From Nemertoderma westbladi (lineage: Eukaryota > Animalia > Xenacoelomorpha), in the NCBI GenBank assembly GCA_032718475.1, contig JAUCBJ010003411.1, positions 1-38,364 of the forward strand: 38,364 nucleotides of DNA, read 5' to 3'. Shown piece after piece: positions 12,887 through 21,108 of this stretch; positions within the stretch are counted from its first letter, which is position 1, and each line of letters begins with the position of its first letter. Both the position numbers and the translations under genes were made by a program. Below the pieces are notes generated by a model. That model saw only the letters and a program-made list of their open reading frames with translations, did no database searches and was not told the DNA's origin.

Positions 12887-12915
12887 CATGGCTGATCCAT
12901 CATGGATCAGTCATG
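12887..12915. repeat. Near-perfect 29-bp palindrome CATGGCTGATCCAT-C-ATGGATCAGTCATG
   Basis: 14-bp arms with one G.T mismatch and a 1-nt centre. Confidence 0.85.
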
Positions 12916-13496
12916 CCATCTGCAGTCTCTGTCTGCAATTGGCTCTTATGCCAAATATATGGCACCTAGGCCTATCTCCAACAAAGGCATTCTGAGCAAT
13001 GCAATATCACCCAGGAGGAAGCAGTGGAAACTACCGCCCACCTCAGGTCAAATCCAGTTGGCCAGCTGCCTTGTTATTTGATATAATTGTTATTTTATGG
13101 AGGTTTCCCAGACAGGAAGTGATTGTTAGTTTAAGAATAATAATTCACAGGTAAACGAGTTTCTACGAATTGATTGAAATATTTTATGTAATAAAATAAT
13201 TGATAACGATAACTTAACATTGATAAAGACATGGAGCCCAACGGAAAAAGGAAGATGGTCACGGTGATGTAATGTGGAGACGTGGGGAAGAACTACACGA
13301 AAATCTCGTCGAAATAATATCTCGTTTCAATGTAAAATTATTAATTTAGTGAAATAATCAGATTATAGTGACACGTTATTCTAAACAAAAGACAATAGCA
13401 GCACAGACTACAATTTAATTGAGAGTTAATTTAATTGAGAGTAATCAGCCGATATTTGCGTAAATTTATCTCAGGAGTGAGATAAACATTGATTGC

Positions 13497-15524
13497 GTCC
13501 AGAGAGCGCCCAACCCACAGGCACCCCGTATCTAGTCCAAAGTGCGCCCAACCCACAGGCACCCCGTATCTAGTCCAGAGTGCGCCCAACCCACAGGCAC
13601 CCCGTATCTAGTCCAGAGTGCGCCCAACCCACAGGCACCCCGTATCTAGTCCAGAGTGCGCCCAACCCACAGGCACCCCGTATCTAGTCCAGAGTGCGCC
13701 CAACCCACAGGCACCCCGTATCTAGTCCAGAGTGCGCCCAACCCACAGGCACCCCGTATCTAGTCCAGAGTGCGCCCAACCCACAGGCACCCCGTATCTA
13801 GTCCAGAGTGCGCCCAACCCACAGGCACCCCGTATCTAGTCCAGAGTGCGCCCAACCCACAGGCACCCCGTATCTAGTCCAGAGTGCGCCCAACCCACAG
13901 GCACCCCGTATCTAGTCCAGAGTGCGCCCAACCCACAGGCACCCCGTATCTAGTCCAGAGTGCGCCCAACCCACAGGCACCCCGTATCTAGTCCAGAGTG
14001 CGCCCAACCCACAGGCACCCCGTATCTAGTCCAGAGTGCGCCCAACCCACAGGCACCCCGTACCAGAGTGCGCCCAACCCACAGGCACCCCGTATCTAGT
14101 CCAGAGTGCGCCCAACCCACAGGCACCTCGTATCTAGTCCAGAGTGCGCCCAACCCACAGGCACCCCGTATCTAGTCCAGAGTGCGCCCAACCCACAGGC
14201 ACCCCGTATCTAGTCCAGAGTGCGCCCAACCCACAGGCACCCCGTACCAGAGTGCGCCCAACCCACAGGCACCTCGTATCTAGTCCAGAGTGCGCCCAAC
14301 CCACAGGCACCCCGTATCTAGTCCAGAGTGCGCCCAACCCACAGGCACCCCGTATCTAGTCCAGAGTGCGCCCAACCCACAGGCACCCCGTATCTAGTCC
14401 AGAGTGCGCCCAACCAACAGGCACCCCGTATCTAGTCCAGAGTGCGCCCAACCCACAGGCACCCCGTATCTAGTCCAGAGTGCGCCCAACCCACAGGCAC
14501 CCCGTATCTAGTCCAGAGTGCGCCCAACCCACAGGCACCCCGTACCAGAGTGCGCCCAACCCACAGGCACCCCGTACCAGAGTGCGCCCAACCCACAGGC
14601 ACCCCGTATCTAGTCCAGAGTGCGCCCAACCCACAGGCACCCCGTATCTAGTCCAGAGTGCGCCCAACCCACAGGCACCCCGTATCTAGTCCAGAGTGCG
14701 CCCAACCCACAGGCACCCCGTATCTAGTCCAGAGTGCGCCCAACCCACAGGCACCCCGTATCTAGTCCAGAGTGCGCCCAACCCACAGGCACCCCGTATC
14801 TAGTCCAGAGTGCGCCCAACCCACAGGCACCCCGTATCTAGTCCAGAGTGCGCCCAACCCACAGGCACCCCGTATCTAGTCCAGAGTGCGCCCAACCCAC
14901 AGGCACCCCGTATCTAGTCCAGAGTGCGCCCAACCCACAGGCACCCCGTATCTAGTCCAGAGTGCGCCCAACCCACAGGCACCCCGTATCTAGTCCAGAG
15001 TGCGCCCAACCCACAGGCACCCCGTATCTAGTCCAGAGTGCGCCCAACCCACAGGCACCCCGTATCTAGTCCAGAGTGCGCCCAACCCACAGGCACCCCG
15101 TATCTAGTCCAGAGTGCGCCCAACCCACAGGCACCCCGTATCTAGTCCAGAGTGCGCCCAACCCACAGGCACCCCGTATCTAGTCCAGAGTGCGCCCAAC
15201 CCACAGGCACCCCGTATCTAGTCCAGAGTGCGCCCAACCCACAGGCACCCCGTATCTAGTCCAGAGTGCGCCCAACCCACAGGCACCCCGTATCTAGTCC
15301 AGAGTGCGCCCAACCCACAGGCACCCCGTATCTAGTCCAGAGTGCGCCCAACCCACAGGCACCCGTATCTAGTCCAGAGTGCGCCCAACCCACAGGCACC
15401 CCGTATCTAGTCCAGAGTGCGCCCAACCCACAGGCACCCCGTATCTAGTCCAGAGTGCGCCCAACCCACAGGCACCCCGTATCTAGTCCAGAGTGCGCCC
15501 AACCCACAGGCACCCCGTATCTAG
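13497..15524. repeat. Satellite B: 38-bp monomer TCCAGAGTGCGCCCAACCCACAGGCACCCCGTATCTAG, about 54 copies
   Basis: Highly homogeneous tandem array. Four 32-bp variants lack TCTAGT (near 14061, 14245, 14543, 14575). The first two copies carry substitutions. Confidence 0.99.
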
Positions 15525-15977
15525 GAATGGGAGCTACTTTATCCCAAGCCAGTCAGTTGTTTGTCACTTGAAGCACCCTTGGATGTCATAAACAGTAAAG
15601 GCAGGTTAATCACTCCCTGTCAATGTAACTGTAGAGTAACCTAGTAACTCGAGTAAATGAAATACCTACTCAAAATTATCCACCTCAATACATAATCCAC
15701 TCCAGTACTTTATACTACAGTGCCTGTCACCACTAAGCTTGGATTTATAAAATTATTCTAAGAATATTCTAGGAGGTTGCTTGTTTAGACGCTGTACTAC
15801 TGCAATGACGTAAAATGTTTTAATAAATTAAAATAAATTGATTTGATTGCAACCTTGGAAACAACCTTTGTATAGTTCATAGATTTCACGACAAACTAAA
15901 TGACTAATTTATTCAAAATCATTCAAACCAGTCAGGTAATATCGGCAATAATGTTACCATAACCGTTGGAAACTCAC

Positions 15978-16090
15978 CAGGGAATGTTGCGAAGATTACA
16001 TTCATCCACTCCATGGTACTGCCTACTTACTGCACTTCTATATGTGGATTCTTAGTGTGTGTTAGTGTGTCTTCGTCATTAGGATAGAAA
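15978..16090 (-). other. Possible short exon of an unidentified transcript (ACCATGG start at 16014, MEWMNVIFATFP, donor CTG|GTGAGT)
   Basis: Acceptor-like TATTCCTACTGCAG ends at 16091, Kozak-like ATG, consensus donor at 15977, and an upstream donor AAG|GTGAG at 16191. No protein homology recognised. Confidence 0.25.
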
Positions 16091-16194
16091 CTGCAGTAGG
16101 AATACAGGCAGCGGCACTTTCGGAGATCAAATAAATAAGAAACCATTTCAGGACTCTCTCGCTGCAATCTGCACTGCATTGCATATCTCACCTT

Positions 16195-16548
16195 CCAGTG
16201 CTACACTAGTGCTACACTAGTGCTACACCAGTGCTACACTAGTGCTACACCAGTGCTACACTAGTGCTACACTAGTGCTACACTAGTGCTACACTAGTGC
16301 TACACTAGTGCTACACTAGTGCTACACTAGTGCTACACTAGTGCTACACTAGTGCTACACTAGTGCTACACTAGTGCTACACTAGTGCTACACTAGTGCT
16401 ACACTAGTGCTACACTAGTGCTACACTAGTGCTACACTAGTGCTACACCAGTGCTACACTAGTGCTACACCAGTGCTACACTAGTGCTACACTAGTGCTA
16501 CACCAGTGCTACACTAGTGCTACACTAGTGCTACCAGTGCTACACTAG
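16195..16548. repeat. 11-bp minisatellite (CTAGTGCTACA)n, about 32 copies, with CCAGTG variants near both ends
   Basis: Direct tandem repetition. Each junction forms the palindrome CACTAGTG. Confidence 0.98.
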
Positions 16549-16581
16549 GCGCCTAATGCAAATCTATTTGATGCCGAGGCC

Positions 16582-16613
16582 CAGGGGCGTACCCAGGATA
16601 AGGTACGCCCCTG
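16582..16613. mobile_element. 32-bp hAT-type DNA transposon remnant (mini-element)
   Basis: Perfect 12-bp TIRs CAGGGGCGTACC (16582-16593) and GGTACGCCCCTG (16602-16613), with an 8-bp spacer CAGGATAA. Exact 8-bp TSD CCGAGGCC at 16574-16581 and 16614-16621. Confidence 0.85.
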
Positions 16614-16654
16614 CCGAGGCCAACCTCATTACATTTAATTTGAAATGCATTCCC

Positions 16655-16914
16655 CTACTACTACTACTATGATCGGCATGCTGCATTGCAGCTGCATTTT
16701 TAAGAATGCTGTGCCGGCTTGTCGACAAAATTGCTCCGTCACAACTCCCCATCACCCATGACATTTGCTAGATCATCCGCATCTTTAAGGCCAGTGTCCT
16801 TTAAGATTCGTCTCAAGAAAGTCATGGGCTGTCCACCATGCTTATTCACTCCATGAAGCTGCCAAAGTACAAGATTATGCACTGGCTGGTCCTCACGGCG
16901 AAAGCAATGTCCTG
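16655..16914 (-). mobile_element. Second, 260-bp 3' fragment of the RTE element in inverted orientation
   Basis: Reverse complement of 9911-10170, including stop, 3' UTR and (TAG)5 tail. I count 8 substitutions and no indels (about 97%). No clear TSD. Confidence 0.97.
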
Positions 16915-16941
16915 ATGATGGGAGGGGAAAACAGATTGGAA

Positions 16942-17038
16942 GTGATTAGAACGCATCTACTGGCCAGGCCACTCAATACAGTAGCTGTGATTAGAACGCA
17001 TCTACTGGCCAGGCCACTCAATACAGTAGCTGTGATTA
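16942..17038. repeat. 45-bp tandem duplication (2 full copies plus GTGATTA)
   Basis: GTGATTAGAACGCATCTACTGGCCAGGCCACTCAATACAGTAGCT at 16942 and 16987. The third copy is cut off by a LINE tail. Confidence 0.95.
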
Positions 17039-17760
17039 TTTTATTTATTTATTTATTATTCCAGGCATTATATAGCAGCCCATAAAATACCGTAAGGAAA
17101 ATGCATTTAGAGTGAACATAAAAATAATAGAGCACAAAATTTACTATAGTGTGAAGAAAAATAATGGTAGGTGGGTTCCCCGAGAAGGAATAAAAAGTTT
17201 ACTCAACTACGCTACTAATACTACATACTGGAGGTCTACACAATATTCAAAAGCAAAAATATATATAAGTAAATATCTAAAAAGTTTAAGTACATTAAGC
17301 ATAAATAATAAGATATAGATAGTCTAGCCTAGCTATGTTTCTATGACTCGTCCATAGAACCCGCACCAATGATACGGCTCGTGCGAGAAGTTTCCCTAGC
17401 AACATCCTGCAGAATAAGGTTCTCAGACGACCTCACATGACGCAATAGAGACTCCAACGCATTGTGACGGATATGGAGGAGTTTGGGCAGATTCAGAGCA
17501 CCGCACATGTAGGATACGCTAGAATCGTACGCAAACCTAAACGTCTTTCTAATTATATTGTTATAAGCTACCCAAAATCTATTGTAAGTGGTAAGGGAGT
17601 AGTTTCGCCTTGCCCACAGGGAATTACAGTAGATCTGTGTACAAAATGAGCGAAATAGCTTTATTTTAACATCTCTAGAACAATATGTAAACTTACGTAT
17701 GAGGAAGTTACCTCTCCTATATAGACTGGAGAGTTGATTGAGTATATCGTGATTAATATG
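17039..17760 (-). mobile_element. 5'-truncated 3' end of a second LINE family (RTE-X-like)
   Basis: (TAAA)n-type tail on the minus strand at about 17039-17060, an AT-rich 3' UTR of about 280 bp, and a C-terminal ORF remnant. The 5' end abuts satellite C. Confidence 0.8.
17341..17760 (-). pseudogene. C-terminal (post-RT) remnant of a non-LTR retrotransposon ORF
   Basis: DILNQLSSLYRRGNFLIRKFTYCSRDVKIKLFRSFCTQIYCNSLW...VAYNNIIRKTF matches the pattern I recall for RTE-X-type LINEs (DI..Q...Y...N.L.RKF..CS..VK..LF..C..Y...LW...VAYN..R). The N-terminal part of the tracked ORF 17341-17895 is satellite read-through. Confidence 0.75.
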
Positions 17761-17761
17761 T

Positions 17762-20136
17762 GATCCCGTCACGGACGCGGTGACGCGTATAACACACACC
17801 GGTCGGGATCCATACTGCCAACTCCGTTGGATCCCGTCACGGACGCGACGACGCGTATAACACACACCGGTCGGGGTCCAAACTGCCAACTCCACTGGAT
17901 CCCGTCACGGACGCGGTGACGCGTATAACACACACCGGTCGGGATCCAAACTGCCAACTCCACTGGATCCCGTCACGGACGCGATGACGCGTATAACACA
18001 CACACCGGTCGGGGTCCAAACTGCCAACTCCACTGGATCCCGTCACGGACGCGACGACGCGTATAACACACACACCGGTCGGGGTCCAAACTGCCAACTC
18101 CACTGGATCCCGTCACGGACGCGGTGACGCGTATAACACACACCGGTCGGGATCCATACTGCCAACTCCGTTGGATCCCGTCACGGACGCGACGACGCGT
18201 ATAACACACACACCGGTCGGGATTCATACTGCCAACTCCGTTGGATCCCGTCACGGACGCGGCGACGCGTATAACACACACACCGGTCGGGGTCCAAACT
18301 GCCAACTCCACTGGATCCCGTCACGGACGCGACGACGCGTATAACACACACTCCGGTCGGGATCCATACTGCCAACTCCGTTGGATCCCGTCACGGACGC
18401 GACGACGCGTATAACACACACACCGGTCGGGGTCCAAACTGCCAACTCCACTGGATCCCGTCACGGACGCGACGACGCGTATAACACACACACCGGTCGG
18501 GGTCCAAACTGCCAACTCCACTGGATCCCGTCACGGACGCGGTGACGCGTATAACACACACCGGTCGGGATCCAAACTGCCAACTCCACTGGATCCCGTC
18601 ACGGACGCGATGACGCGTATAACACACACACCGGTCGGGGTCCAAACTGCCAACTCCACTGGATCCCGTCACGGACGCGACGACGCGTATAACACACACA
18701 CCGGTCGGGGTCCAAACTGCCAACTCCACTGGATCCCGTCACGGACGCGGTGACGCGTATAACACACACCGGTCGGGATCCATACTGCCAACTCCGTTGG
18801 ATCCCGTCACGGACGCGACGACGCGTATAACACACACACCGGTCGGGATTCATACTGCCAACTCCGTTGGATCCCGTCACGGACGCGGCGACGCGTATAA
18901 CACACACACCGGTCGGGGTCCAAACTGCCAACTCCACTGGATCCCGTCACGGACGCGACGACGCGTATAACACACACTCCGGTCGGGATCCATACTGCCA
19001 ACTCCGTTGGATCCCGTCACGGACGCGACGACGCGTATAACACACACACCGGTCGGGGTCCAAACTGCCAACTCCACTGGATCCCGTCACGGACGCGACG
19101 ACGCGTATAACACACACACCGGTCGGGGTCCAAACTGCCAACTCCACTGGATCCCGTCACGGACGCGATGACGCGTATAACACACACACCGGTCGGGGTC
19201 CAAACTGCCAACTCCACTGGATCCCGTCACGGACGCGACGACGCGTATAACACACACACCGGTCGGGGTCCAAACTGCCAACTCCACTGGATCCCGTCAC
19301 GGACGCGGTGACGCGTATAACACACACCGGTCGGGATCCATACTGCCAACTCCACTGGATCCCGTCACGGACGCGACGACGCGTATAACACACACACCGG
19401 TCGGGATCCATACTGCCAACTCCGTTGGATCCCGTCACGGACGCGACGACGCGTATAACACACACACCGGTCGGGGTCCAAACTGCCAACTCCACTGGAT
19501 CCCGTCACGGACGCGGTGACGCGTATAACACACACACCGGTCGGGGTCCAAACTGCCAACTCCACTGGATCCCGTCACGGACACGGTGACACGTATAACA
19601 CACACACCGGTCGGGGTCCAAACTGCCAACTCCACTGGATCCCGTCACGGACGCGATGACGCGTATAACACACACACCGGTCGGGGTCCAAACTGCCAAC
19701 TCCACTGGATCCCGTCACGGACGCGGTGACGCGTATAACACACACCGGTCGGGATCCATACTGCCAACTCCACTGGATCCCGTCACGGACGCGACGACGC
19801 GTATAACACACACACCGGTCGGGATCCATACTGCCAACTCCGTTGGATCCCGTCACGGACGCGACGACGCGTATAACACACACACCGGTCGGGGTCCAAA
19901 CTGCCAACTCCACTGGATCCCGTCACGGACGCGGTGACGCGTATAACACACACACCGGTCGGGGTCCAAACTGCCAACTCCACTGGATCCCGTCACGGAC
20001 ACGGTGACACGTATAACACACACACCGGTCGGGGTCCAAACTGCCAACTCCACTGGATCCCGTCACGGACGCGATGACGCGTATAACACACACACCGGTC
20101 GGGGTCCAAACTGCCAACTCCACTGGATCCCGTCAC
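17762..20136. repeat. Satellite C: CpG-rich 70/68-bp monomer GATCCCGTCACGGACGCGACGACGCGTATAACACACACACCGGTCGGGGTCCAAACTGCCAACTCCACTG, about 34 copies
   Basis: Tandem array whose length variation comes from an internal (AC)n. Contains 626-bp and 418-bp higher-order duplications. Confidence 0.99.
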
Positions 20137-20289
20137 ATTCCCGTTTGCGGTCATAAATTTTGAGGGATTTTTATAATTTATCGGGTTACGGTGATATTAT
20201 TGTCATTTAACCAACCTTAATGTATATGCTATGGTAATACTATGTAATAATACTGTAATGATGTGATTTCCGAAATCTTGTTAAAATTC

Positions 20290-20363
20290 TTAGATTATAT
20301 TGACAGGGTAACGCATTATTATTAGATTATATTGACAGGGTAACGCATTATTATTAGATTATA
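20290..20363. repeat. 32-bp tandem duplication (2.3 copies)
   Basis: TTAGATTATATTGACAGGGTAACGCATTATTA at 20290 and 20322, with a partial copy at 20354. Confidence 0.95.
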
Positions 20364-20417
20364 CTACTAATTACAGAAACAACAATCGCTACGATAATCA
20401 ATATCTATAAAACTAAC

Positions 20418-20605
20418 CCCATAAACATTAATACACCAACTCGTTCCAATTCCTTGTAGATTATCTCCCATGATGAATTGATGTTTTTGATCTGTTTCCT
20501 GGTTGGGCGTAGTTTCTCGATTCTCCTTTCTTCCTCGCTGACATCGTCACTTCGCCACAACTGCGATATATTTCTGATCCTCGCAAATAATTTATTCAAA
20601 GACAT
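20418..20605 (-). CDS. Coding exon of a globin gene (globin X-like, N-terminally extended), covering the A helix and B helix up to B12
   Basis: PTRKQIKNINSSWEIIYKELERVGVLMFMG fits the globin A/B pattern: T..Q...I..SW (A12 Trp), B6 Gly, B10 Phe; compare globin X SWKVIQEDIAKVGIIMFVR. A donor GG|GTTAGT interrupts codon B12 after base 2, the conserved B12.2 intron position. ATG context AAAAATG. Confidence 0.8.
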
Positions 20606-20903
20606 TTTTAACTAATGCATTGACATATTTTATAATATAAAATATTAAAGCAATGCCTTCAAATGAAGATAAATAAGTATTTGTAATTATTTATGAATCT
20701 TATTTATGAGTTACATTTCATTAAACTTACATCCTCCTCGTCTACGGAGGAGCGCGGGAGATTCAAAGAAGATAGTTTAATCACACAGTGAATATCTGCA
20801 TTATATTATTTATTTATGTTATCTACTCAATTAGGTGTATCCAATGATGGCAATCACAAAAAATAGAAATGAGTAACGTATGTTGCTTAACAGAAAGAAG
20901 TGC

Positions 20904-20936
20904 CAGATCCGGATCAAGCCTGTTGGGGATGGCCCC
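20904..20936 (+). mobile_element. Possible left end of a non-autonomous hAT-like element leading into the 29-bp and 15-bp arrays
   Basis: Abrupt AT-rich to GC-rich switch at CAGATCCGGATCAAGCCTGTTGGGGATGGCCCCTG, which resembles CAGGGCCGGATT...GGGGCCCC-type MITE ends. The partner TIR is not in the window. Confidence 0.35.
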
Positions 20937-21108
20937 TGTGCAAATGGCTGGTGGGGGCCCCTCCTTGTGCAAATGGCTGGTGGGGGCCCCTCCTTGTGCA
21001 AATGGCTGGTGGGGGCCCCTCCTTGTGCAAATGGCTGGTGGGGTCCCTCCCTGTGCAAATGGCCGGTGGGGGCCCCTCCTTGTGCAAATGGCTGGTGGGG
21101 GCCCCTCC
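20937..21108. repeat. 29-bp minisatellite TGTGCAAATGGCTGGTGGGGGCCCCTCCT, 6 copies
   Basis: Copies start at 20937, 20966, 20995, 21024, 21052 and 21081. Each contains a GGGGCCCC-type palindrome, degenerate in copy 4. Confidence 0.97.

Noticed and set aside
16031-16168. Open phase-2 frame LQRESPEMVSYLF... as candidate globin exon 2
   Set aside because: Pro falls at C2, but B14 and CD1 Phe are missing, there is no well-placed E7 His, and the acceptor has no pyrimidine tract.
17112-17649. Plus-strand ORFs 17112-17318 and 17464-17649
   Set aside because: They are antisense to the LINE 3' UTR and ORF remnant, have non-ATG starts and show no motifs.
13497-20136. 38-bp and 70-bp arrays as possible CRISPR arrays or repeat-protein genes
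   Set aside because: Monomers are directly head-to-tail with no unique spacers, there are no cas genes, and unit lengths are not multiples of 3.
17758-20138. ATGTGA...TCACAT inverted ends around satellite C suggesting a solo LTR or TIR element
   Set aside because: The match is only 6 bp and partly made of monomer sequence, and there is no TSD (AATA vs TTCC).
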